Shown here: positions 26,340 through 40,690 of the stretch, piece by piece
Position numbering within the stretch: the stretch's first letter is position 1
How the letters are laid out: the number at the start of each line of letters is the position of its first letter
NCBI RefSeq assembly: GCF_963853765.1
Contig: NC_088860.1
Coordinates: 16,678,001 to 16,742,000, forward strand
DNA from: Magallana gigas
Lineage: Eukaryota
Direction: 5' to 3'
Length of the DNA: 64,000 nt
Program-made: the position numbers and the translations under genes
The notes under the pieces: model-generated
What the model was told of the DNA's origin: nothing
What the model saw: only the letters and a program-made list of their open reading frames with translations
The model's database searches: none

Positions 26340-28005
26340 ACTAAGTTGTTGTTTCGTCGGAGTTTTGGGAAATTCAAAATTATTCCAATACAATAAGATC
26401 TTTGCTACTCAAGATATTCCGGAAGTATCAAAATAACAAGGGCTTATAAATAAATCTATGTAGTTATACGGGAGCCGAAAGTTTCTGCCCGTTCCATTTC
26501 AGAACTCTCTTGTACCATATAATAGATGGTTAATAGAGTTGTCAATCAAGATAATAAAACCTTCAACCACTTTACCGATTCATATTTATTTGCTTTCAAA
26601 AGACATATTATCATTCACAGCCTATTCAGGGCTTGTTAAGAAAGAGGTTGTCGATTTAAAAGAAGGCATCCCATTAAAAGTTCAAGGAGCCGACCGAGCA
26701 ATTTGTCTTGCTTAACTCTGGTGTTTGATACCCCCATTATCAGGTGTTGGCAAACTATTTGATAATGAATAGATTTTAAATTCATCTTGTAAAGCTATTG
26801 AAGGTAAGAAAACAAACATGTTAAGTTTTTATATTAATGATATATCGTAGGTCGTAATGATTTTTTATACATATTTTTCTATTGATAAAGAGAATTTACA
26901 CTTTGCTGCAACATGTTTGTGAAGTTGATCGATTGAAAGTTTGAATGCTAGGATTCAACGTTCTTGCTATCTTGTAGTACCTGTTTTGATGATTTTAAAT
27001 GCCATATTGAATTACAAACCCAAATAAAATACTTAGTAAAAATAAATGTAAAACTAGTCTTTTAGAGATAATTTGCAATATCACAGAGACCGGTGATATT
27101 TTCACTGGAGAAGTTTTATTCTTGAGCACACAGATTCCATCTCCTTTGCCTTGACAGATTGCGATTATCGTAAAAAATGAACAAAGGGATGTCGTAATCA
27201 TGATCAGCAGTAGCACGTGTAGATTGTGACGTGGTGTTGTGTATGGGGGACCTGAAATTTATTACCTGCATTACATGTACTGTGATGGATAGATTATAAT
27301 CAAAGATGTTGTTTATGATTCATGCGTCAACGGTAACAAAGAAACATCCGGGGGTGTAGCAGTGCGATAAACAAACGAAATCATATGGGAACAATGGTAT
27401 TTAAATTACATTTGTACTTTTATGACAAACTTTGAATGACCAAAATTGACCTTAAAAATGTTTTGACGTACATGTACCATTGCAATGGTACACAAAAAGA
27501 CAATAGTCCACCAAAACTGAAATCATATATCTAAATAATTAATGTATATGGTACATTTTTACTGTTATCGATGTACATGTAAAAACATTAATCTTTAATC
27601 TATACCTATCTAAGTAAATAAGATACATGTAGTTTGTTTTTGATAGATTATACAATCATATACATTTACATGTATCCTGAAAGGATATACATGTATATTT
27701 CTTTTTTGTTGAATCTAAGTCAGGCTTGAACAGGACTCGTTAGGATAAATCAATCATCGGAAACTTCTTGTATTCTAGTAAACACTTCATCTGGAAAAAC
27801 ACCTTATTGAGTATGTGTGTGGGGTGGGTGGGGGCTATGGTTGATTAGAAAAAAACATTTAAGCCATACATTGTATAAGACAAGTCTGAACGAAGGAAGA
27901 AAGGGGGGGGGGGGGGTTAAGGCAGTAACAGGAACAGTCGAATATATACATGTATTGGTTACATGATTGTGATGAAATTTATGTCGACAAGGCCAAAGCT
28001 ATAGA

Positions 28006-28029
28006 GATGATGATGATGATGATGATGAT
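28006..28029. repeat. (GAT)8 microsatellite
   Basis: Direct reading. Confidence 0.9.
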
Positions 28030-30429
28030 GACAATGATGAGGAAGAGAGTGGTTATTTAATCACTGTAGTGACGTTAAAATCATGATGATATTTAGATAT
28101 TAAGGTGCTGAATATTGTACGTAGATATCACAATTAAACCGGAAATGACAATGATTTGTTGCCGTACATCTGGGGATAAATTGTCCTTACTTCCTGTGAC
28201 ATGCCATACAGATTCAAATCGTCCGTAAGAGTTGATACGTCATTACGTTGAAATAAAAAAAAACTTTAATGCCACAATAAATTTCGAGTGAAATCATGCT
28301 TGCCTTTAAAGAGGACATAAATACTGTGAGTGACGACACATTCAATTAAAATGATCCAATTTGTCATTTACTCGTTGCTGGCTGTTCCGCTCTCCTTGTA
28401 GGATATCTCAAGTTGTCTTGGCAAGAGATGTCCTCTGATTAATTTTACGACATTGAATCTTAATCAGTCGATGAAAGAATTCAGAGAACTTTGTCAATAT
28501 TAACACGACATCCAAACCAGAGAAACGTTAGATTTGGGTTAGTGGCATATTCCTGTTAAATATGCTGTGGTTGGATGTTTTTTATCCCGAAGAAAGATTT
28601 TCCTCCTAAGATTAACTGGGCAGGGTTTATAAACAATTCACAATAACTAAATATCTTTTCTCCTATTACATAATTTGTTGACATTTTTGTATGCACTTTA
28701 CATATCTGTAGTTAATTTAAGGTCCGGTTACGGAGAGATTCGCCACTCCCGGGAACCTCCGTAACTCTCTAGATCTGTGAATATTCGGAAATCTATGGGA
28801 GTTTTCCCGGTGAAAAAAAAAGATAATAGATGTATTTTTAATGTACCTGTCTCCTATTGTAAAGCGATAATGAAGAACTAACTTCCTGTCATTTTACAAT
28901 GGCTTAGATTCAGTTATTGATTGAAGAGGTCTCGCTGAATCTCCGATCGTTAGTAGCTGTTTTAGAAGAGGTTTTTTTGCTCCATTTCTAGTTTCCCTGA
29001 TTTTTAAAAACTAGATTTACTATTTCTTTTTCAATATTGACGTCCATTGCAAATGATTTAGACCTTTTGCGCTTTGAATTTAAGATTTGTTAATTTTCGG
29101 TGCAATGTTCCATGACTTTTCGAGCTTTAAAAATTAGATTTATAACACAAACTTCAACTTCTTAACCCAAATAAAAACTGTATCACTATTTGGATATGGA
29201 ATGATATTGAAAACCTCCAACCAATATGCAATTTCACATCGCAATAAGTTATAAAATCATTTCTTGAATTTATGTGATCTAGATGGCAGAACATTAAACT
29301 GCTAAAGAGTAGAAAATTGTACTATTGCTTTTACAAGATACATTTACATAAAAATAAAACAGATGATCGAAATGTACATGAAATATATGTAATATGAGAA
29401 AAAAATGTAAAGCCAAACATATCTTGATGCATAATAAGCGACTACATTATCTAAGTTTCATACGTTAAAACATTTCTGATGTTAATATTTCCACATTTCC
29501 TTTTCTCTTTTTGTTATTAGCAATTTTTCAGTTGTAACGTTAAGCAATATCCAATGAAATTTCCCTTAAGACACCGCAGCAAAATATCAACCGGAAAATT
29601 ATCGAAGCTTTAAATTAGAAAAAAGTTACAATCAGTAGTCCGCCTATTTTACACCTTCTTTTATGACCACATATTGGAACTCAAATTCATCATCGCTAGT
29701 TTAATTGCGCACGGACTCGGTGTTTGATACATATATCAATCAAATCATTATCTTTTTAATTGCCTTTTCTGCGTTTTTCTTGTTTTTGATTCCTAATTCC
29801 TATTATCACCGCATACTAAAGTCAATATCCTAAAGATGAAGTTTTCCGGAAATTCGAAATCGATCTCTGACCAAATACCTTCACTGCCAGTAAAGGAAAT
29901 AGTCTTCTTTCATATCACGCACGTGAAGCGAGTGCCTTGTTATTCATAAAGTGAGGGGATCTTCTTGACGCCAAGAAGCGTTATTAATTGGATCCACCTC
30001 TTTGTCTATACAATCGTCGAACAACTGGATAAAACACCCCGTTATATTTTAATGAGTTCATAATTTAAAAAAAAGCAAAATTAATGCGATTTCTTGCCCG
30101 TGTGTGTGGATAGTTGATTCGCGCCACTGTGTAAGTTTCAGTCAATGTCATTCGGCCCGATGATCAATTTCTTTTCGCTATCGATTCCAGGCAAACACTA
30201 TAGCACCAGTTTTGAATATTAACGAAATCACGTCTGCCAGTATAAGTGGGTTTTAGTTTGATTTTTCATGTACCCTGTTCACTTTTGCCCATGGCCCTTG
30301 GTTTTTCATGTCATTTTCCCTTTTGTCTTTGGTAATCAAAGTCTTTAGTGGTTTTGCGTGATTTCGAAGCAGCGCTGGTCTTTTGTGTCGAGTGAATATT
30401 CCTTAATTGATATTCTACTTTTTTTGCAG

Positions 30430-30482
30430 TTGTGGAATTTGATTTGCTAACGGATTAAACAATACCATCTACTGGCTAAAGG
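30430..30482 (+). other. Candidate non-coding exon, 53 bp (possible 5'-UTR exon of the 5-HT7 gene)
   Basis: Acceptor CCTTAATTGATATTCTACTTTTTTTGCAG| and donor AAGG|GTGAGT; stops in all three frames, no ATG. Confidence 0.45.
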
Positions 30483-31145
30483 GTGAGTAAAGTAAATTTT
30501 TCGCATTTTCGTTTGTAAAAAGTTCATTTCTAAATATTAAGTAAACAACAAGATATCATATGTGATTTATCATTTTTGATAAAAAAAAATGATTGGTGAT
30601 TCGGTTAAATTGGTTGTTTACCCCTGGATCTGTCAATAATAAAATTGTATTTTTTTTTCTCTCTCTCAGTGTTTAACAAAATTACGCACATCCAAATCAA
30701 ACTCCTACTCTTCAATGTATTACATCTTCCAATGGAAGTCGTAGAAGTAATTGGTAGAATTACATTTATTTCCCAGCACTTATTTGATTTACATTCAAGA
30801 CGCGTATCTTATAATTTTAACATAAAACAACATTCCCACTGGAGCGGACATTTCCATAAAAACAATAACGATGTTTGCTATGACGCGAATTGTCGACATA
30901 CAAGTGTATATAGCGTCGAATATTACATTGCTTTTTGTGTTGAAACTAATATAGAGTGGAGTATAAAACAGTGGTCTGCTCGAATAATGCGTTCAAATTC
31001 TAAACAAATCCGTTCTTCATTTTGTTCATGGATCTGTACAACACTTGATCATTAGTGGCCATTACAATCAGTACTTGGAGATCAGAGATATTCATTTACT
31101 AGACGTCGAATGTTTTGCATTTTTTTAAATTTTGAATTCTTCACA

Positions 31146-31278
31146 NNNNNNNNNNNNNNNNNNNNNNNNNNNNNNNNNNNNNNNNNNNNNNNNNNNNNNN
31201 NNNNNNNNNNNNNNNNNNNNNNNNNNNNNNNNNNNNNNNNNNNNNNNNNNNNNNNNNNNNNNNNNNNNNNNNNNNNNN
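31146..31278. other. Assembly gap (133 N)
   Basis: Run of N. Confidence 1.
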
Positions 31279-34200
31279 GAATCAGATACACCACACCGAG
31301 GTTTCCAGCAGATCAAACCAATACACCAATGGTATCAAAGCGACAAGAAAACATTTTAAGATGATTACGGCGAGTTCGCCTGATGAACTGACATGTCTTT
31401 TATCTTTGGAGAAATCTCCGGACAGCAAAAGCATACGCGTCAGGAATTCAGCCTCATTGTAGAAGTGGTAGCCAACTTGCAACAAATCATAATATAACCC
31501 GACTTATCGGTACTTCCGAGATGTTAAACCCCGGTGTTAAGATCTTAGGAAAACAATAACAATCTTGCGATCAAATAATGGAGAGAGAAAAATCTACGAA
31601 TATTTCATTTTCTTAGGAAAATCGATGAAAAATACAATAACGTGTGAAGAAATTTAAAGAAATAAAAGAAAAAGAAACCTGTGATTGTGAACGTCTTTAA
31701 TGCCACGAATGTCGAAATTATCACGACCTTCGAATAGAGTTTATTTATTAACGATGATTTTAATTTCAAAGTCAATAAATAACTTTCTCCAATTTACATT
31801 TAAGTTACAGTGATTCATGCATGTACATGTACATCGGTATTTCAAGTTGCCTTGAAGTTCCATGGAAAACATTGTTTATTTGACGATTTACAATTAAATA
31901 GCGTTTCCTATCATTGTTCTTTCCCTTTGTCAAATCAGATAGTGCGATGGCATTAGCACCAATAGTCACGTGACATTTCATACCATTCTGATAACACTCA
32001 CAAATAACAGAACATGTGTAAGAGTACGTATTAAGAGTGTTCTCTGATTGTAGGTGAAAGTAACGGTGTACCATACATATACGTAAGAGTACAGTAAATC
32101 ACGCTTATAGCGAACATATTTATAATGAATTAACGCTTACATGTCTGATGAAGGGATTTTCATTCTCCGTGGGTTAAACCAAATGGGGATATAACGAATC
32201 ACGTTTATAATGAAACAATATGGCCCGTCTCAGGAACTTTGTTATTAGCGTGTTGTACTGTATATAATTAATTCTAGAACGTTTCGCAACAAAGTTGTAA
32301 CAAACAATAAATTCCAAAAACGTACATGTATACCCATCACCTTATAGGTTTATGCAAAGTTATATGGAGTACAATATCATCATAACTTTGCATTTAAACC
32401 AAAAAAAAAGAGTAAGTCTACGTGAATGTAATGTACAGTCCATTGCTTGTGATCGAATATATGTAGAAGAATCCAGATATATGTTAAATTATATGACGTA
32501 CTGATTTGTCTTTATTATCGTCGATATTGCACTTTAGCACATCTCCTGCCACCAAGCAAATTTTCATTTTTCCAGAAGCTGGATTGTGGTTTTGTTTTTT
32601 TTTTCTCAAATACACTTAGGTGATTTTTCTGAATTTAAAATGTTTAAATATTCTTTTAAAAAAGCTTAACCGAGGCAGGTTTTCCCGAATGTAAAGCATG
32701 TGTTGATGTTATCTAAAATACCTGTTTTTATTAAAAATAAATATATTATCAGATGTGCTACTCTTTTTAATCAGATATCTTATTCAGAAAAATACAGATG
32801 TCGTACTCAAAACTTTTGTTTTAATGTTTAATTTGAACATTAAAATATTTTCCCTATCTTAATGGGCTGTTTTTTCGATTTTATTTTTTAAACTTTAAAA
32901 TCAAAACCCTTGGTGCATAACAAATAGTTTAGGATGAATCGTATAAAAAAGTAGTCTTGGTACATTATAAAATGATACTACTTTTTAAAGGAGGGTGGGT
33001 GTTTTGCTTCTAAAATGCGAATGCAGCGAGAATCTTCTTTGTAAAGGAAATCAGTTTTGTAACAACCTTCATGCTTGCAAGAAACATTACCACGCACTGC
33101 CAATTTATTTTTTGTCAATGAAATATTGACATGAGTTTCAAGGCATGGTATTAAACCATCATATGTTCCATATGGAATAGAAAGAAAAGGAAAACTACCA
33201 TATTTAATTCATTTTTAAGCATTAAAAAATCTATTAATCTGCAAGAACTGAAAACTGAGAAGTCAATGGCATTCTGTTTTTCTCTTCTTCAAAGTTCAAT
33301 TGTGTAAATCATGACGGATGCAAAATTGCTGCCATCATCATCTATCCCCTTTTTAAAAATGTTTTGTCTTTAGAAGGTGATAGAGAAAAAACTGTTATGA
33401 ATTCATCAAAAATAGTTTCTTGTGGTCTCTCGCGTCACGTCCGATTTCCTCCTTTTAACCGTTGTCGCCTTTTAATTTTTTCCCTTCCAAATAAATCTTG
33501 TATGTTTTTACATGTTAACTACAGTCAAATTTTTTCTAAAAACATTTGTCAAACCGAAGGTTGTATTTTACTTTGTTCTCTATCTTAAAATACAAATAAC
33601 CCTGCTGCACAAAACATTCATTGCATTTATCCCCATCACAAAGCTCCCTGGAATCCTGGTCTCCAAAGAGTTCCAAATCTTGTTCGCGAAGGGGATTACT
33701 TCAATGCCTTGCAGAAAATCCTATTTTGTTGTCGGACCTTCCGCGCTAAATTGCCCTATGTACCTCCTTGGGCCTAGGGATTTCCCGGGATGTTCTGAAA
33801 CAACTGGTTTCGTGCGGATGACACCTTATCAGGGAATTCCAATAGTTGAATCTCTCCGTTGATAAACAAAACCATTTTTTCTTCGTCTCCTCCTGCATGC
33901 TTCCTGTCATTGGTTGTTCATTTTGTCCCGGGTTTTTTTGTTCTTGCTTTTGGAGTATTGAATTTGTCCACGATATCATCACTGTCTCTTGTGATTGCTC
34001 TGCCAACAAGGCCATCGTTAGAAACAAATTGAAACAACTGCTGGGAGAAGACAATATTTGCTCCGTGTTAGTCATGTATAATTAATTTCAAACTTTCTAA
34101 TCTTAGCGACAGTTAAAGAGCCCCAGCAAGGAAGAGAGGAATATTGCGAGTAAATCTTAATGCCGAATAAATCTCAATCAGTGCATTCGAATTTCCGAAA

Positions 34201-37200
34201 CTTTATTATCAATGTACTTTTAGTACAAGGTTGTAAAAAAGTAAGTAGTAAAATCAATTTGATATATGTAGGGATTTTTAATATATATGATTATTCTAAA
34301 CATTGTAAACACTAGGTAGATAAAAGTACATCTATACTTTCCTAAATATTAACTTCGTCTTGGTTGCGTGCCTTCAAAGTGACATACATAAGTACATGCT
34401 GGGGCATGTATGTAATTATCCACAAGATTTTCCACGTATTACTATGTAAATTATGCGTAATCCCCTAACGTTCTACCAGAGACGAACTCCTATAAAACTA
34501 TGAATATCTTGTAATTCGGTCAAGATTTTCTTATCCATATATATGATGCTTTTATCCTAAAGAGGAGACCGATATTCCATAGTCTTGCGTTATTGGATGC
34601 TAGAAAAACAAGGCCTTAAATGGTTTTCCGAACATCTGGAATTGATGATCGACTATGCAGATTTTTGCTCTGACATTGTCGTAAGAATTGATAAAAGAAG
34701 AAAAAAAAAACATGTTTACAACCTCAACAACCAAATCGGATTCAAAATGCTGATTCTTTCTATGAGAATTTTTTTCTAATGTTCAACAATGAATATTTGT
34801 GCTTTCCGACATTAACCTCTTACTTCTGCATGGTGCTTCAATTTCTCGACTTGTTTGTTTTTGAAATGAGTTCGTAGTTTAAATTTGAGATACCTTCTAA
34901 TTTCTAGCGCCCACAGTCTTTTGTTGATTGCACTCATCGGCTCTAGCATCTACTAGCGTGTAAGGACTTTGGCTTTAAATGCGCATGCTCAGAACCACAA
35001 GGAGGATGGAACTCTTGGGAAAGTACGGTCGTTCTCTGACCAGTGTGGGTGTCCAGCTTTTCTCCGATTTACAGATAACAATACGCTGTTAACTAAAGCT
35101 AGAAGAACACGTTATAATTTACATTCTTAGAACACACAAAAACATGCATTTTCTTAATTTCATGTTCCGTAAATAATTGAAGATTACGTACGCAATAAAA
35201 ATATAGCATTTGCGATTCAATGTCATGATGATATGGATATTATATAACTCTGAAAGCAATAAAAACAAACAAATGATATCATTCTGCTATATGCATTCTT
35301 CTGCGGTAGCTTCTTCATTTTTTTCTTCAAAAGATAAGCAAAACATTGTAATCTGTCTTTGGGGGTAAAGAAAAGATCTAGAGAACACATGAACTGGTTG
35401 ACTATAGTTTGAATCGAGGTACCACCAACTTTCTATCTCCCTCATAAGCAGTATTTGGGTTGGGTTTTTTTAAACCATAAGTGATTACCGGATTTTAGTA
35501 TTCCACAGTCTTATTTGTGGTTTTTCGTTTGCAAAACTAATGTCGGCTATTTTCTAGTCTTGGTCTATTGTTCTGTTAGATGGGTTTTTGTTAATTTTTT
35601 TCTGTATCTTATGGCCAATATATACATGTGTACATACTCTTACGTCGGGAAAAGCCCTATTTGTCATTCGTTTTTGGGTTGTCTCGGCATTTTTGATTTC
35701 AGTCATCGATCACGAAATCCCTTTGATAATTTCATGTCATCAGCGGGGCAGTACAATAGGGGTAGTTTCGAAATCAGATTAAAAAAATAATGGATTTATT
35801 GTCTGTTCAGTTATAGAAGAAAAAAATATATCAAGAAACAAAAAGTCTTAATATGCAGCTGAAAGTAGAAGTGAAACATGAGATTATCCGTACCTTTACT
35901 CCGTACATACATGTTCTAATATACATTTATATGTATCCTGACTTTAACCAATTACAAAGGCTTTTATAAACCAGTTGATACTTTAGTGGTATTGCCCCTT
36001 TAAACTCTTAAATGGCATATTCTTTGACCATTTGATATGATTAATTCATAAATACGAGTATTTAAAGTGCAAATCCCTTAATTGCTCTTAAAACGAAGCA
36101 AAAAATCTTTTTCGCCGTCAGTTCTAAGATTTCTTCTTATTGTTTGCCAGTTACATATTGACGATATATATGTAAAACATAATTATACATGTCGCTTCCT
36201 TCATTACTATATTTACCTACAATTCATTTACGGACAAGTACCCGTAAATGAACATGGAAAGTCCATTAACCCGGGCCTGTCCAGGACCCTCACCAGAGTT
36301 TCCTTAGCATTGAGGTCCACTCTCCTTGTCAGATCGGCCAGTCTCTCCTTGATTGGCATCTGAATAGCAAGGATCGATTTCATTTCCTCTCCGTGATATT
36401 AGTTCGCGGAAATGTTTATTACTTGCTAAAATGTAGACTGAAACTGACCCTTTTCGATTTCGTCATCCTGCCTCAGTCAATGGGAGAGGTTCATAATTTC
36501 ATTACGTCGCCTTCTCTCGATATCAATTTGCATTAGGTATGTCCTTTTGTCGAGACTGTTTCCATCGTGAGAGGACGGGCATTGATTAGTCGATGTGTAG
36601 TAATGTAGCCGCTAGGGTAATATAAGAGTGTACCTATATATACACTGCCAAACAGAATACCAGCAGTATCTCCTGGCCAGGCAACGATCCTTTCTGATGC
36701 ATCTTCAACGAGGAAAGGGTGGGGCTTTATTTTTAATGAATCTTTCAATTTAATACACAAAACCATGTTTCAGATAGCTATGGTTAATTTTAATGAGTTT
36801 TTTGCTTTTTTATTATGTATTTCGTGTAATTTAGAGCCGAATGAAGAGACATATATTACCTATATCAATATTTGTAATGCATTAACTGCATTTTCATCAT
36901 TTTCATATAGCATGAAGCCCATTTTAACGCCAACTCGCTCTGAATCAGCACCTATATTTTTACGATTCATTGGTCCGTGTTGATATAATTACCAAAATTT
37001 AAGTCAATTCTAACACCAAAACAGCTTTAAAGGAATAAAAAATACATGAAGTATTATAATCATTATGGTTGGGAATCACTGATGAACTTTATCACTTAAT
37101 AACAGGAATCTCCAGAGAGATCCAATAATCATACGCTCAGTATACCCCGGGGGTGCCACATACTTGTAATGGGGCCAGCTATCCTTTAATTGAGTTATTT

Positions 37201-38679
37201 CGATCTCGATCTGAATTGACAATTATTTGCATTTTAATATAGACTTTTTGTGCTCTTAATTCTCGCCGAAGGCTTGGAAGCATGTCTATTGGAAGAGCGC
37301 CGGCGATATATGCTAGACACGGAGTTTCCTATATCCAGATATGTGTGGTGTGGCGTACAATCTTTGGACGCGAAACAAATATTGTATGGCATCTATTGAG
37401 CACTGAAAATGAATAGGCTTTATACCGTGGCTTCTATTGGAAAGTCTCTCGCTGATAAATTGTTTTCGAATGATGCTTCTGAATTGGGATGATGTGCCAG
37501 GAATTATATATACGGAAGCCGAACAATGGTCCTTCCAAAATAAATTACATTGTGGTTTCCATTGAATTCATATAATGAAGCAAATTTCATTCATTTTCTG
37601 GTTTCAAGGAACCACTTTTTGCAACCAATAGTTTTAATAAACCATCTGTAGATAGTCATTGCTTGGACTTAACCCTTTGATATCGTTAACACTGCAAAAA
37701 ACTAATATTTTTTTTTTTTTGTATTCCTAGCATATTAAATTTTTTGTTGAACAAATCAATAAAAAGTGATGAGAGAGATTACATTTGTGTATTAAGTTCT
37801 CTGTTTCAAAGCCTTGATTGATTTTGGACAGTATTATTATACACATGAAGGCTTGCTTAGAAACAGGTAGAAATAACGCTTCACTTTCCATCTACATAAT
37901 TTAGGAGGCATGGATACTACAGCCAACCTATAGGTTTTATTCTTTCTTACTCTCTAAAGATGACTACTCGAATGTGAATACAGTATATCAGATTTACCCC
38001 AAACATCTATTTTGCTTGAACTGAAGCTGGGCTGTACATTAACTTATGAAGTAAAAATAGTTCATCGCTCTGGACAGTTTTATTTCTTCATCTATTTTCT
38101 GCCAAAAGTAGATTCCAAGTATACGACATTTCCTCCTTCTTAGTATCTATAAACAACAATCGTATGGTATTAACATATACCAGAAGCATTAGCATTCGTC
38201 TATGTGTGATTTTTGTCGGAATTCCGCTTTATTGCATTACATTTATTTAGCGATATTGCCAAACTTACACGGCGCGGCTCCGTAGGTTACAAAATAACAC
38301 ATTATAAGAAGTAAATGGGAGATTAGTCTGTGCGATCGATGCATACATGGGAAAACCAAGAGCAGTACGTCGATGTATGGATAGTCTAATACGAATGTAA
38401 AGACTGTCTTAGAGTTTTCTTGTGATCGACTGCGCATGTGTTGTGAATCTAGAAGTTGTGTAACGTGTGAATTAACATTCAGTCATTGCTTACCGGTAAA
38501 CAGCATAATTTTTTTTTACAATGCAGTAAAATAGCAATATTTATTTTTCATGGTCTTTAAATAGAATTTTTTAACAAAGGTTTTGAAAAGAAACAGGAAC
38601 AGGAAATTAGTATAGTGGCTTGTAATGATTTATACGTCCAACAGATCAAAATAAGCGGTTACCTCCCAAACAATTTGTA

Positions 38680-38848
38680 TAGAGGGAAAACTTGTTTTGT
38701 AAATATCCATCAAGATATTTTGCAGAATTTTCCTTTACACTTTACGTTGAATGACGAGACCTGAACTTGTTTTGAGTTATACATTTTAGAGGGAGAACTT
38801 GTTTTGTAAATATCAACCAGGATATTTTGCAGCATTTTCCATTACCCC
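38680..38848. repeat. ~60-bp direct repeat at 107-bp spacing
   Basis: TAGAGGGA(A/G)AACTTGTTTTGTAAATATC...GATATTTTGCAG(A/C)ATTTTCC at 38680 and 38787. Confidence 0.8.
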
Positions 38849-39080
38849 ATACATGTGCGCTGTATCACGAGACTAGAAATCATTTGGAAATATAAATACA
38901 TCTCCATTTTAGCCAAATAGATATTGTAAGTGCAATATATTTTTATAGTCTAGACAGAAACCAATAATAAACACAGCTGAATACCTACGTTACATTCAAT
39001 CAGAGAAGTTTGGAGTGACTACTGGTGCTTCTGCTAGATGCTGATTGTACCATAAACCGATTGGCTCTACCTCTGGGACT

Positions 39081-39118
39081 TTGTTGTTTTGTTGTTGTTG
39101 TTTTTGTTGTTGTTGTTT
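39081..39118. repeat. Imperfect (TTG)n microsatellite
   Basis: TTGTTGTTTTGTTGTTGTTGTTTTTGTTGTTGTTGTT. Confidence 0.8.
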
Positions 39119-40690
39119 TTATATGAAATGGATATCCTTCGGGACATACATGTAGTGCAATGCCGGATAACTTTAGTCTGTCTTCAACAAAAGGAAATAC
39201 TTGAAAAATTCTTTTCTTTGCTGAACTATTATATACTCTGATGTTAGTCAAACTACTTTACATGCTAGCTTGACTTTTGCTACGTTGACTTTAAAATTCC
39301 AAAAATAAGAATAGATTCGCTATTCAAAAATTTAAAAAGAGGATATTTAATGGTTCAATAGGAATACTCTTTTAAAATTGTTTACAGCAAAGCTATGCAT
39401 TCATATAATAACATAAACATTTATTAACCTGGAGTATAATGATACAGTATCGAAACGTTTGGAGTTTTGTTAGTTGTAAAAAGTTTGTTGCAAAGGAATA
39501 AATCTTGGGACAAATGATTCTCATTTTGTAACGTTAATGCTGTGACATTAGGTACAAACAACTTTAACTAAGTATCTGATATCTGAGTTTGATCGATTTG
39601 GAATAATATTAACGAGCTTGTTATACATTTAGCTGTTAAACAACGTTAAAATATCTGTTCCTACGTGATCAGTCTAATGTATGATTAAAAAAAATTTAAC
39701 ACGCAAATGCATTCTGGAAAATATCATAATCGAATAAAATGACATCGCGATCAAAATTTGTCTAATGTCAAAGGAAATGATCATCTTGTTTTATTTTTAG
39801 TTGAAATTCATTTTTTCTTCTAAATGACGCTGTCTATTGCATTAGCTGTAAACAAACTACGGCAGACAGCTCGTCGCATGCTTAGAAACAATAAAGCACT
39901 GCATCACATACTTGCTCGACACATTTGGAGAGAAGATTTAGGGTTATAACAACCGATTTACGAACAAGAGGGACAGTTTCTGTTTAGTAAATTACAGTTA
40001 GCAGTGCATCACCGGTGGATAATTTCTGGTTTTCAAAAAATGAAATTATGTCCAACGGTAATTGAGGAAGAAGAGTGAACGCCAAAGAAATTGGAATTCT
40101 TTTTATGAAATATAAGACGTAAAAACCATCTTTAAATTGGTTCAATGTTTGTTGTTCGTCTTCCATTGTAATGAACCTAAAGAGATATTCAAGTTACTTA
40201 ATCCTTATATTCGATATTACTACTGTAAAAAAGAGACGTATTTGACGATAATTTTTGCAGACCCAAGTGTCCTGGTTATGCTATAAAATAAAAATTGGCA
40301 ATATCCACAAACCAAATCCAGCTATTGAAATATTAAGTCATGTTTCTATTTCGGAAACGCACACAAAACAAAACCATCAGCGTATATGAAACCTAAATTG
40401 CCTATAAAGCGAAAATGATCTAAATTTCCAGCAGCGACCCTAAAGAAATAGTGGTTTGAAAATTAAAGTCTGTGAATCTCTGCCTTTCACCGTCTCAGTG
40501 TGAGCGTTTTTACTGTCAAAGAATTGAGGACCCAATATCGGATATTTCTCCGTTGATTAATCCACTACGGTATAACTTGGTAGGGTGGGATGAAATCGGC
40601 TAAGCTGAAATCCATCAAGCATGTTACGTGCCCGCACAAAAGGACACCTTTACTAGTTTGAACAACTTTTTCTCGTTCTTTTTTCCACAG

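Noticed and set aside
26995-27216. 73-aa minus ORF with a signal-peptide-like start
   Set aside because: Hydrophobic codons are common in AT-rich DNA; no further exons or domain were identified.
28717-28765. TTAA-GGTCCGGTTACGGAG...CTCCGTAAC as a transposon end
   Set aside because: The 9-bp stem is present, but no matching opposite terminus was found in the window.
26075-31364. ORFs containing X runs
   Set aside because: Artefacts of N gaps.
30645-31485. Transmembrane-like peptides flanking the second gap, as a GPCR pseudogene
   Set aside because: The TM6-like piece lies upstream of the TM1-like piece on the same strand, no conserved motifs are present, and the gap prevents linking them.
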